From Basidiobolus meristosporus CBS 931.73 (lineage: Eukaryota; Fungi; Basidiobolomycota): 64,000 nucleotides of DNA. This document shows, piece after piece, positions 15,359-28,173 of the stretch (position 1 is its first letter; each line of letters opens with the position of its first letter). The stretch is taken from NCBI GenBank assembly GCA_002104905.1, contig MCFE01000149.1, positions 1 to 64,000 of the forward strand, written 5' to 3'. A program made the translations under genes and the position numbers. The notes beneath the pieces were generated by a model. It searched no databases. It was not told where the DNA came from and saw only the letters and a program-made list of their open reading frames with translations.

Positions 15359-18355
15359 ATGAATACACTCTTCCAGTCTGGCTTTAGCAACTTCCTTACT
15401 CCCACAAACAATAACGGCCATTCCTCCAACATTTCCCGGTTCTCTCCTGGTGAGTGGGTTGAGATTAAAGACCCGCAAAGTACCGAGATATATTACGCTA
15501 ATCCGGTAATTTCTCTCCCTCAACGTGCATTCATTAGCAAACGAATCATGAACTAACGAAATGAATCCCTCCCATGCTGGTGCATGTTTTTTGCTTACTA
15601 GATCACTGGAGAATGTGCCAAGAATATGCCATCAAATGCTCTATTGTAGGCCCCCTATTCATATATTGCATATCTCTGCCGAGAGCCTGCAAATGGACAG
15701 GCAGAGTGTCCAAGGAACGGTACTGACTATCATCACTTCTCCGACTCTTGTAGACACTCTAACGATCCAAATGGAGAGTGGTGGGAGCTTTACGACGAAC
15801 AAAACGATTTGAACTACTATTATAATACTCTGACGGGTCAGACTGAATGGCTTAGACCGGAGACTGGGCCTATTGTGCCATTATCAACCATTCAAGTATG
15901 TATTTCCATCCGGCATATCTGCTGGTGTATCATGCATTCAAATCTTTTGTGGTATCGGTAGAGCACCGCTATAGGACGCAGGGTTTCGATGGTATTGGCA
16001 AATAGAGGATCACTAATCTTTTCTCCAAGTGGAATCAAAATATCTGGACTGGAGGGCGACCAGAGTACTGGAAGCAGAGTAACCCCGCTCAATGTCGATA
16101 CTGACCAAAACGAGTTGAACATCGATGGAGTTGCTGAGGTAACGAAGGGATTGTTGATAATACTATATTTATGGCCATCGGATTTATACCTGGTTTCTTG
16201 TCACTTATGCAATAGTCGGCTACCCCTGAGCCATCCAATCTCAAGAGACAGGACAGTCGCTGGTCAATCTCCACGGGATTAACTGAAACGTCTGACAAGA
16301 ATAAGAAAAGATCCAGCGAGGCTTCTTCCAAAATACTGGATGTTCCGCAAACGCCTCACGAATCTCGTAAAGAAACCTCCCAAGATCCTCCAACCTCAGG
16401 TAAGTGGTGTTGCCTGCCCAAGGGGCATTTTCCGTGTATATCAATTGACATGACCGTTAGCATACGCCAATTCATTATCGCAAAGCTACCCTGAGAGAGA
16501 GCATCTTCCGGCTTCAACCCCTAAAGACACGTATACGTAAGTGGGCAAAGTATGCTTTCAAGCCTGCGATAACTATTGACGCAACGCTTGATTCCCTAGC
16601 CCCCCTACTCTTCCTTTGCAATTGCTAGAGGAAATGAGCCAGTTTCGAATTGACGGGACCACCCAAAAATACTTTGCTGTGCATAAAAAAGGGATTTTTA
16701 GAAGGAAGGTTTCCATGGAAAAGCTGTTGCAGTGGTCAAAGGTAGGCTTAGGAGCTGTGAAAATATAGAAGGGCACTGTTCTAAGCGTAGCGCCTCATTT
16801 GTAGGAGTCGTTGAAGCAGCCGCTATTGATCCTGAGCAAGCCCGTACAAAAAGATGCGCTCAAGTGTTTTAAAAATATCCTTTAGGAGCATACAGATGGC
16901 ATTCATCTCTAATATCCTGTCATTCCTTAACTTGGCTCATTTACTCATCCAGAAAGTCATGGGAGATAGATCCCATACAAGAGGAGCCTCTCACAACAAA
17001 GAGATTCAATGGATGCTTGAAAGGGCTATCGATGAAGGTGAGCTGAGGGATGAGATTTACGTACAGCTGTGCAAGCAATTGACGCACAACCCCAACAAGT
17101 AAGGCATTTATTGAATTGGCAAGCATCCCGAAGCTGGCTGACCATTTGATGCACACTCCCGCAGCCAAAGCAATTTCAATGGATGGCAGCTCATGTGCGT
17201 ACTGGCTGTCACATTTCCGCCGTCAAGGAATTTTGAGAAGTACATGCAGAACTTCGTCCAAGCACATTTCGATAATCAACAGAACCAGATCAATGTTCTT
17301 TCCAAGCATGCGTACAACAAGTTATTGCGGATCTCCAAAACCGGGCCTCGTGGAAAAGTGCTTACCAGCGAAGAGATTGATCAAGCGAAGGTACCCAATT
17401 TCAGGAGAGTGGCCTCGACCGAAGCGGTTTCTTACTTCACATCGAATCATTGCCATATAGGAAGCAGCCTTTCACCCAACTGTGTTTGGTGAATCGTTGG
17501 AATATGTAATGCAGATGCAGGCTCAGTCTCACCCGGACTTGAAGATTCCTCGGATCTTACTGTTTCTAGCTGAAAGTGTCTTGGAGCTGGATGGCCAAAA
17601 ATCAGAGGGAATCTTCCGACTTTCTGGCGACCCTGAGGCGGTTACGTTGCTGGTAAATCTTTCATCATTGCCATCTGATGTAGCAGCCAAGCTAACCATT
17701 CGTACTTTCAACCACCTGCGAAACAGCGGTTGAAGATTGAGAAAAGTAGGGTCATTTAGCACCTCGAGCCATCTTTCGTTGTTCAGTGCGGCTAACACTT
17801 TGCAGACCAATACAACATACAGGGAATCACCGACCCGAATGTCCCCTCCTCTCTGCTCAAATTTTGGCTTCGTGACTTGGCCGAGCCTTTAATCCCAGCG
17901 GAGTATTAATATCCTTTTGTCAGCTGAAACTCTTTGCCTGTTGTAAAGCAAACGTGTCATCGTATTATTCCATAACTGCGCTTTACTGATATGTGCATTC
18001 AGAATGCGGAGAATCCCGAGAAATCTGTCGAGATCATCGAGAAACTCCCGGGAATTAACCGAGTTGTTGTTCACTTCATGCTGTATTTCTTGCAGGTATG
18101 AGCCTACAGTTAGTGGCAATGTGCCTACCCAGCTAACCCTCACCCCAACAGCTCTTCACCACCATGGATGCAACAAAACATACTAAAATGACCGTGGCGA
18201 ACCTAGCCATGGTGTTTGCCCCCAACTTCCTGAGGTGTCCCAGTGAGAATCTGAATGAAATATTCGAAAAGACCCGACACGAACAAGCCTTTGTTAAAAC
18301 GCTGCTCGCCCACATGAAGCCAGCATCCCCCATCACATTGAGATCGATATTTTGA
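15359..18355 (+). CDS. ARHGAP39: WW-WW-MyTH4-RhoGAP protein (ARHGAP39/Vilse-like), multi-exon
   Basis: WW1 EWVEIKDPQSTEIYYANP; WW2 EWWELYDEQNDLNYYYNTLTGQTEW; MyTH4 VMGDRSH..LRDEIYVQLCKQLTHNP and GWQLMCVLAVTFPPS; RhoGAP VFGESL..IPRIL..SEGIFRLSGD and TKMTVANLAMVFAPNFLR. The exact start is uncertain. Confidence 0.88.
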
Positions 18356-21300
18356 ATGGATCTCGTTCCTGAAATAAACGTCCTTTCCAGCTTTCATACG
18401 ACTGACGTGCTTTGTCCGTCTCAAGGATCGGTATGCCTTGCTAAAGCTTGCGAACCAGGTTTCTTTGGAAACTTTTGTTCAACCTTGGATCTGTCGGGAG
18501 ATAAGCTCCGGATCATCCAGAATGAACTGCTCCAGAATTGCAAAGACACTTTACCCAATAAAGCGGCACACCATGCACTATGATGACATCTATCAAAGGA
18601 TAGACACCTAATTAGACTATCCAGTCACACCATCTTGCCCGGCTTTCACTAGCAGTCGACCTCATTCTAGGAATAATCTTCAGCAAGGGAATGCCAGCAA
18701 CTCACCAAATTAGAAGTTCTCATGACATTTGTGGATGCGAAAGTCTTGGTAGTGTGACCTGCTTTCCGTTACAATTCCGAGGGATTCTAACCTGCTATAG
18801 AAAGGTACAGATAGAGAATCGAGATAAACCAATAGGAGGTCGAGGTAAAGATTTTTCTATTGATCTAGTTTGGGAGATTGGATATGTGCAATACGTAACC
18901 GTTGGTGCCTACACCGCTCAGCTCTTGAACACTGATAGGCTACGATGGTGGGTTGGGCTTCTGCGATTAACGCAAGTGCTTATGCAATAGATACCAAGAG
19001 GGGCCAGAGCAACCCTGAGACCGAGCAAGATATTCAGTGATCTTAACAGATCCACTTCTCCCAGCCGTAAGGAAAAGTGGTGAAGCTTACCTCACCCATA
19101 CCTACGCTCTTTCCAAATTCGGCCGCCCATATGAATTCTGAGGGAGTGTCGAGCATCTTTCCCACAGACGATCACTTGACTCCAAGGGCAACCATCATGT
19201 GGAATGAGGTTGCAAAGGAAGGGGACGAATAGCCATTATGCTGATACAGAGTAAGCATGCTCTGAAGGGATTAGTAAGGCAAGCAGAGCTTGGATCGCCG
19301 CAAGGGTGGGACCCGCATTCCAGAACGCAGCCAAATCAAAACATTAGAAAAAAAACCCTGAAAAGGTCGACAGTCTTGCTGGAAAATCACATCCTCCCAT
19401 ATTCATAAGCGACAAGAACCCAAACTAATAATATCTGTGAGGCACCGCTATCTATGGGAATTGGGAATGGGAACCTGGCAATGTTATTAATATCCTGGCC
19501 CAAGTGAGAGCCAGATTCCGTTTGGCTCAGCTCATTATTGCCAGATTTTCCACAATTGCCATTCATCTGAGTTGCATTTGGAAAATCGTACGACTGCAAT
19601 ACTTGTTTGCTAGATGAGTGGTCTCATGATGCTTCCCTAATGCTATATAAGCCCGCTTGATCCCCCTCACAGATCGCTTAACAACGTTTATATCTCTTAA
19701 CAACCACCTTTAAACACATTATGGTCTTCTCCGTTCGCTCGATCTCCTTAGCCGCTCTGTACATTTGCTGTGTGTCCGCCCTCGCCATTCCTCGCAACGA
19801 AATCCAGAACAAGTTTGTTTACTGCGAGCTGGTACGTTTGCAATCACCTGCCCTCCGTTAAACCTGCTCCCCAACTAACCTGTTCTTCTAGAGCTGCCAG
19901 GTCATCACTACCTCCAAGAACTAAGCGTCGAGTAGAGCATGATCATTTACTGTAGATACCAAGAGCCGTTGTTCTATAGTCACCTGAATATATTAGATGT
20001 ATAGGCATTGATCAAGTAACTTGGCGAAAATAACCTCCGTTTCATCAGCTACTTTGCTGCTATATGCTCTAGCATAAAACCGTTTGTCATGTAAATTTTG
20101 ATTGGAAAAACGCAATATTCTAAATAAATTATCCATCAGTTGTTCATACATTACTTCGACGTGCGTCTCAAATCATGTGAGGCCAAGGTCTAATTGGTCA
20201 AGTGTGGGGATTCCGGTCATTTTGCATGAGAGACTTCATTGGATGCTGTACAATATTGGAGGCCTCTGAAGTTGGCCAACCACTCCCTGCATGATGGGCG
20301 CTTGGTTAATGACACTGGTACCTTCATTGGTGTCTTTGCATCATAAATCTCGACCAGAGACCTTGGCAGATCCGTGACTGACGATTGCCCGATAAAGGTC
20401 GCCAGATGCCTGCCAGCCAGCGCTGCCATAGGTGCCGAATAAATTGTTGGCTTTTGCAGAATCCCACTGCAGCCTCCGATCCTACAGACAGTCATCTGGC
20501 TCCAAAATGGAACGGCTTCATCTCCGATCTGAGGCCATTCCCGTCATCAATCCCTGTGTGGATTTTAGTTGGTTGTGCCGACTCCAAATGCAAGCCTCAA
20601 TACAACCGAGATGCTGGTCACGGCTACGCCATTAGTGTACATGTGCATGGTTTCATAATCAAGTTGAGTCACATGCAGAGGTGAGTGTGGAATCTTAAAC
20701 AACAGGTCTATGCATAACTAGTTTGGCACTCAAGGTTGAAAAAAGTGTGTGGCTAGACCCTCTCACCAATTGGGGAAAGAGGATGCAGATTACGTCGTCA
20801 TATCTTTTCCATGGTGATTTCCCAGATATATCTGGGCTAACCGGCTCCCCTGTTGGCGTCTCAATCCCATGCAATCCGTATTCCTTAATGAAGTGGAATG
20901 GTCATGGAGATGTTAGCAGGGAGCATAAAAAATGATTTGGCCCTGGGTAGAGGTGCTTGGAATCAGGTATATCCCAGGACCCATGCAATTGGGGTTTCGC
21001 ATGTTTCGGGTTGGTACAGGGCTGCGCTTTTGGTAGGTCTCGGTTGCCAGTTGTAGGTCAGGTTGACTACAGGTTGGCTGTGTACAATACCATACGCAGT
21101 TGTTTCATGTTATGTACACTATGGCGCTCACTACATGTTACATCCACAGCACACCTATGCCAACAACATCAACCGACTGTTCCGATTGACCACGCTTCCC
21201 TGTCGCTTCATCAAAATCGGATTTTCATCAAGTCCAACTTGGAGTGGTGGTTGTAACTGTGAATGTTCGAGTTGTTTCCATTAAGGCGCTCAACTATTCC

Positions 21301-21855
21301 AGTGTTATGCCCTAGGTCTGTTTGACACTTTTATCTACTGGTGTTGTTTAGCAACCTTGATAAAAAGATCAAAGAACTTAGGTAAAAGAACGAGTGCCAA
21401 AGTGTTACTGCTGGTATTGGAAAGTCATCCTGCTCAATTGAGGGTTCAGGTGTTGAGCTGATTTCGACAACGCTTCTGTCGCACACTCATTCTACTATAA
21501 AGCTATAGAGGCTAACAATAGCCATTGGCTGGCTGAAGTCCACTAGAATGTTTATTTAGAAACAACATAGGGACGACCAAGCTCAATGGAAGCCCAACTT
21601 TAAATACTATTCAAATAGGAAGAGTTCATGCATATCGAACAATTCATTGTGCCCAATTCAGCAATCTATAAATGCACATTAGATTAAACACTATCTTTTG
21701 AATGTGAAATAATCGGAATTTAATAAAGGAAATCTGGCAATGTTATGAATGTGTTGGGAAATGTGTTCGAAGTAAAAATAGCTCATTTCCTTGTTAGCGT
21801 TGGTCCACTTTGAATACTTCTGAACTCTTTCCTCTGGTTACTAGTCAATGGAAAT

Positions 21856-23318
21856 ATGACATTCGTATCGCATTCAAGAGTTTCCAGCTTTAGTTCTTCT
21901 CAAAACATTTCCAAACAGGACCCTGCCTGTGAGGTCGATTCCAAATCGTCAATTGATCAGAAGCGTGCTTTTTCAAAACGCAAAGTAGTATTTGTAGATC
22001 CAGACGATCTAAATGCCCCCTATTGGTGGCCTGCTATGGTAGCGTTTCTTGTAGCTTCCAAAAAATCCTGCCGCTGGCTAATTCCATTCTTCAATGTTGT
22101 ACGAATCTGATCGTAGATTGTACCTGAGCGTGAAATTGAGGCTTTTAAACAAACTATGGAAAATGATATACAAGAGCCCGGAAAAGGGGAGCATCTTGTT
22201 TGCTATTTTGAAGATGGATCTTTGTATGTCATGTTTTGCGCGTCTTCCGAACGAATTTTTCTCGGGAAAGTCACTTATCCTCGTTGTTTTTAGTTCAATA
22301 GTTCCTGAAACTGAAATAGCTCCATTTTCTCCAGTTCTTCCTCCTTACACGAATTACCTTAGAGGAGTTAACGCTGACGCTTTTCTGAACGACAAAGCAG
22401 TCATGTTAGCAACGCTCTATTGGGAAACCGGTATCGTGCCGCCCACCTTTACCTGGGTCCGCGATGAAGAACAATACACAAATGCCTCGGTTTTACCCCT
22501 GGCTGAATTGGTTACTGCCGATCCATTTCCCACTTTATCAACTGGAATTAACTATCAGGCCGCTCAATATTCTACCGATAGCAAAAAACTCACCCTTGAA
22601 ACTCAAGATAACCATGCGGGAGATAAATTGAATTCAGAGGCGTTGGCTACTCCAAGCAAAGTGTTTAATAATCAAAAGATATCAGAAACCAAGGTCAAAT
22701 CTGCACAGCGTAGGGTACGTGTCGACTATGGAAAGGCCGCGATTACTCTTTGCACTAATATTCCCAATGGTAATCTCTTTAGAACAAATCGCCACCACAT
22801 TTTGCGCTCAAGAACCGACCCATTAGAGAAGACCAAACTGGAAACCCAGGTGCTCCTAAAAACCGGATGCTATGGGATCGTCAAGATAACAGTTTGAGTA
22901 GTGTGTCAGTAATACCCTCATCCACTTCTTCAAGTGCCTCATTTTCCGATGTAGTATCCCCCCTGTGTGGTTTGTTCACCATGGAAAGCTGTACCCATTG
23001 CGGCGAACAGACCTCTACCCGGATCACAAAAGTGCTATGCACCGAATGCTCCAACGTCCTTAATGATTGCTCAGACAATGCACTCTCTTTTCAAGGAAGT
23101 GCTCACTCGTCTTATTGTGGCAAGCGGGCTAGAGATGATACTCAACATGAAAGCGTGCATGGACGTAAGTCAAGTAGAATGTATATGCTATTACACCCGT
23201 ATTCATATGGTTTTTGTCAGCTTCTACTGAGTTTAGCATTCTGGCTGATATACTTCCCAGAGGTCGCAAGCAGCGTTTATTACATCATTTTCGGAGTGGA
23301 CTGGTTCCTTATTGCTGA
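21856..23318 (+). CDS. Hypothetical protein with N-terminal PWWP/Tudor-like domain and a CxxC-x(n)-CxxC motif
   Basis: Spliced reading KRKVVFVDPDDLNAPYWWPAM/IVPERE..HLVCYFEDGSF/SIVPETE..; the GTACGT..CTTTAG intron restores frame into NKSPPHF..; CTHCGEQ..VLCTECS; the last intron GTAAGT..GTCAG gives ...RGRKQRLLHHFRSGLVPYC* (TGA ending 23318). Confidence 0.7.
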
Positions 23319-24718
23319 TGTCCTTTTAGAAGTGCTAGTAGTCATTAATTGTTTATAGTTGCATCCTCCTGGAATGTTCCCATTTAGTTTTTCATCTGCG
23401 TAGTGTCGTTCCTTTTTTAGTTTCAGCCGTATTTTAAATTAGTCCATCAGGTTAGCAGTTTTCCTCATTGTATCGTTAGGCAATATGCACTCTTGTCATC
23501 ATTTGTTTAGTGTAGTTTTCTACTTTCGAAGTCGTTATGATCAAATATTACTTCTTCTGCCACAGCCATATCCTACAGCATGATCAAAAGCATCCATATA
23601 TATAGCCAAAAAGGATGGTCATTCATCCGGGGTTGTTCTGGGTTTATGCACAAATCCATCGATCGAATGGTGGTTTTCGCGAGGTCAGCCAAGACTTATG
23701 GTGTATCCGTCTAGGTAATATGTATCAAAAGGGATATTTACTCTAGCAAACAACACCAAATCCAAGGAGGTTTGAACACACCTGGGATGCAAGTAGACTA
23801 CATTGATAGCGTCGGCTAGGGCAAGATGTACGGTGCGATTTTGTAACCGACATCACATGTATATTCGCGATGTTCGTATCCTTTGTCAAACTCGAATATA
23901 CTACGGTTCTTATGGATGTGTAATTTACAGTGTTGTTTGTTGGTAAAATAGCCAATTAGGTGGTTAAAGCATCGCTGAGCTTTTGATAAACACAGCAGCA
24001 GTCTTGCAATGTTCGAGGCAATTGTTATGGGCTAAGATTGACGAGGAAACATCAAACAAACTCACGTTGTGTCGCTCGATATTCGTACTGTTTAGCTTTT
24101 TCATCCCTGTAACGCTCGTTTCAATCCATGAAATTACGCACCTTTGCGATCCGAGAGAGCGACAAATGCATTCAGATACAAACTACCAACAGAGCGTGTT
24201 CAAAGCCATATTCAAATAGCGTGGCTCCTTATTGGCTCTCTGGTGCTCTACATCGGGGTAATGGCTTGCACAGAGATCACTGCCACGCCACATATCCACG
24301 ATCCAGTGTTGAAGATCAAGAATATGATTAACATGTGCTGGGCAGTCTAATCATGCTTGACAGCATCACCAGTAAGCACTTCTCCACATGTAATGTGATG
24401 ATCAACATCCATTAACAAATGCTGCTGCCAGTAGTTCCCAGATAGTACTCCCCAGACGCGCTGAAGCTCAGTGTTATGTGATCTGCAGTCAGATGCTTGC
24501 TGTACACCGCCTACCCTCATCTTTGGTTTGCGTGATGTTTGCTTTCTACTTGTTCAATGGATGGTTGATACCTGCTTGGTCGTGCATCCTCTACGATCGG
24601 ACCCATATAAACACAAAAAGGCCATCTCCCTTGGGGATGTGAAGTATTTTGTCACCAAGTAACGAGTAGACAACTTGTATTTTTCATAAGCCTTCCGTCC
24701 CTATCATCCTACATCGAC

Positions 24719-26151
24719 ATGAAGCTTTTCCCGAAGCCCAGGTTTAGCCTGGTTTGCACTTTTGTTTTATCCATCACATCGGTCATTGGTTTGGACACGT
24801 TTGATTTTGTGACCTTAAACCCACAGATCCTTGCTGAAAATAAGCAGCATATGCTCAACTATGATAGGGGTCTCCAGGATTCCTTCTATACTTTGAAAAG
24901 ACTATCGGATAAGGCGATCCGCAACGGCACTCCTTATTCTGTAACCAGCAAAGCACAGCTGGCCCCCAGTAGCAACCCTCACGACTACCTATCCCTAGCC
25001 AGATATTTTTGGCCAAACAACAACACTGCGAACGGATTGCCATACATCAGACGAGATGGTCATGTAAACCCAGAAATCACCACTGTCCCGGATTACAAAT
25101 TATTCCGTACACTGGTTCGTATTTTGTTGAGTCCCAGTTTCTAGTCTTTTCTCTCATTAGATTAATAGGTCCGTGAAGTACAGATCCTCGGCCTGGGCTA
25201 CTACTTCTTTGAAAATGAAACTTATGCATTGAAAGGCATCTCAAGGATACGAGCTTGGTTTCTAGACGATTCCACCAGAATGAACCCTCACCTTCACTTC
25301 GCCTCGTTCATCAAAGGCTCCACGGAGGGTCGTAGACAAGGGCTTATCGATTTCAGCGTCGTGAATGACATGTTTGATGTTCTACCCTTTCTACAGAGAT
25401 CGAGATACTGGCTCCAAAGCGATACCGAAGGGCTACAAGACTGGTTTACCAAGTACCTAGAATGGTTGGACACCAGCAAGCACGGATTCGAGGAAAGGAA
25501 CTCCATTAACAATCACGGTAGGACACGCTGAGTTTGTTTCGTTTCCGAACTCTGACTCACGTGCACCCAATAGGTACCTACTTTGATGTTCAGTACATGG
25601 GGATCGCCCTGTTTTTGAAGCGCAACGACCTAGCACTCAAAGTGGCTCAGAATGCATCAAGCACCCGTATCGCTGCTCAGATCGCACTGGACGGCTCTCA
25701 GCCGCATGAAACGGCCAGAGCAGCTTCCTGGTTCTACTCGATCTTCAACCTAAACGGACTTTTTCTACTTTCGGCGCTATCCTCTCGAGTAGGGGTGGAC
25801 CTGTACCATTTTCAAACACAAGATGGTAGAAGTATCCGCAAAGCGGTTGACTACCTTTTGCCATTCGCTCGACAGCCACAAACCTGGCCTTTCGCGAATA
25901 TTGACGGCTTCAACGCCACCGTTCTATATGCCAAGGTTCTGCAGTCCGCATACCTTACCTATCAGAACCCCGAATATCTCAAGGCATCGAATGAGCTGCT
26001 AAACAACTACCATACCAACCACAACCTTACTCGTCTTCTCCAGCCATTGAAGATGTTTGCCGAAGCCGACAACTCCGGGCTGGCCACCTCCCCGTGGCAG
26101 TTCAGTCTTTTTGCGCTCTTAATATTCTGCGTAACGATTGTATGGGTTTAA
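24719..26151 (+). CDS. Secreted alginate-lyase-family (PF05426/PL5-like) polysaccharide lyase with hydrophobic C-terminal tail; 3 exons
   Basis: Signal-peptide-like N-terminus. Motifs HDYLSLARYFWPN..GLPYIRRDGHVNPE, WFLDDSTRMNPHL, GLIDF, NNHG/TYFDVQ (split by an intron), QIALDGSQPHETAR, FYSIFNL. C-terminus SGLATSPWQFSLFALLIFCVTIVWV. Confidence 0.88.
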
Positions 26152-28173
26152 CCAGCCCTAGGTTAGTGCTGCTAGTGAGGCCCCTGTTCGTTTGAGAGTA
26201 GACTTATTTTCTAACCATCGTACTCCACACCCCTTCCTCCCAAATACCTCGGCCACTTCTACCACACGAGGGCAGCCATATTTATATCTTATCAGCCCCC
26301 ACGGCCAGTACCCATTAGTACAGATATATCCCTTCTACTGGACAATTCCACTCGTATATCTCTGAATATTAACCACTTATGACCCTGCCGATTGGTTTGT
26401 ATTTATCGGTCAAGAAAAGTTCCACTACTTAAAACTGACATCTCGTAATCCACCGAGAGCAAGTTTAGAGGTTGGAAGAGGTTACCCCACTATCCCATCG
26501 GCCCCCTTTTTGTTAAATAGTCTTTGTACGTATCTCGAATAAATGACTTTACAATTATCTACCCCACCTGTGAGGCGCCCATGACCGACGGCAGAAACTC
26601 GAGGTACTGTGATGTTGTGGTAACGGGTGATCGCATCAACCATGCATGGGGCTCACGTGACCTCGCCTAAAGCCGGGCGATATAAATTAAATACCGTGAG
26701 CTAGAGTCCAGGGGGAATCAGGAGTCAATCGATGCAGTTGCTGAGGAGCAGTCCACACCCTAGGTAACAAACAATCGCCCAGAAAATATGGAGCCATGAT
26801 GTGCTCTACCCATAGAGGCATACAGAGAAATCAGCCCTTGGGTAGCGGCCAGTTCCGATTGGTGGGAGCCTAAACGAGGACACAAGCCAGCTTGATATTG
26901 GATTTGTCATATCTCCTTGTGGAATAGCACCTAACTATATATGTATTCCAACCTGTCAGTGGATGAAGTAGCTATCGGAGTTAAGGTGCTGAGAAGATTC
27001 GCCTCCTGTGCAGCCTGCGGATGACTCCAATAGCAGAATTCTCCAATGTCGCATGCACTGGTACCCTCCCCGTTAGCACTAGCTACAACAAACAAAGTGG
27101 TTGGCAATCTGCGAAGTCGTAGAGCCCACAGATCAAAGGCGAAGGCCCACACCATCCTTACACACCAGGTCTACTAATCAGGTAGTCTTCGGAAGTCCAT
27201 CAATATATCCTGATATAGCCATGATCAATGAAATAACAGCAGGAGGGGTTAAATTGGTGACCCAGCTTTCGTCCATTGACACTTAACCCCATTGTGGGAG
27301 GTCAAGTTAGGCCTAATGGGACATATAGCATATTTCGATGCTACTATTCGACCGACTCAATCACCCAGTGGTTGTTGAAGAATGTGTGCGGAGAAACGTC
27401 CCTCTATCCCAATCAGAAGGTCGCCAGTGGATTCGAGTAGATATCAATATTTCATATAATGCGCCGTTGCCTGATTTATCACCACATCTTGCCTATTTAG
27501 CACAGATGGTTGTTGTTGAGATCACTTGGATGGTGGCATTGGTTAGGGTTCACTTGAATTGGCACCATAGAATCCGATTTGTCCAACCCTAGCTGACAAA
27601 TATATATCCAAAGTTGTACTGCTTGCCCTTGCAACAATATCCGTGCTGAGGCCTCTTCACGTTCTGGTGTGGTGCCGTGCTGTAATTCGTTGGCTAGAAG
27701 CGGTTGTGAGGGGGATGGCGTGTAGTGAATTATAAATATCTCTACATGTACAAATAGGCGGCCTAAACAATATTTACGGAATCTGTCTTCCTGCTGTAGC
27801 AGGGGAGGCGTCCATAATTACGCAAGGGTTGGCCATCCAATAATGGCTAGAGACCGTCATGTGAAACTGAACGATAAGTCACCGCCTGGGCGGATGGACA
27901 AGTATAAACAACCCTCACCGTTACATAATAGGTTTCCCCCCAGTCCCAACATTATGTATAACTTTATTTGGGTTTTAGCCTACAACCCAACATGATTGGC
28001 CCATGACGTTTGTTTACTAAGAACGGTCACCCCCGACCTTATCTTCTTATTAAAGCAGCCAAAGGCTCCTTGGGCTATTTTTATTTGGTCTTCGCTGCCG
28101 CTTGACGAATTAGCATCGACGAATCCTTCACCTGAGTCCTATATAGTGCTGTGCCTATCCCTCGTCCTACTCA

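Noticed and set aside
19130-19260. In-frame TGA on the minus strand (..ALGVK*SSVGK..) as possible selenocysteine
   Set aside because: There is no CxxU/UxxC redox context, no recognisable selenoprotein family, and the gene structure here is unresolved.
20200-21290. Several short Cys-rich or overlapping ORFs
   Set aside because: No coherent exon chain or domain could be supported.
26900-27600. Short ORFs between the lyase and forkhead-like genes
   Set aside because: No motif, codon bias or consistent splice chain.
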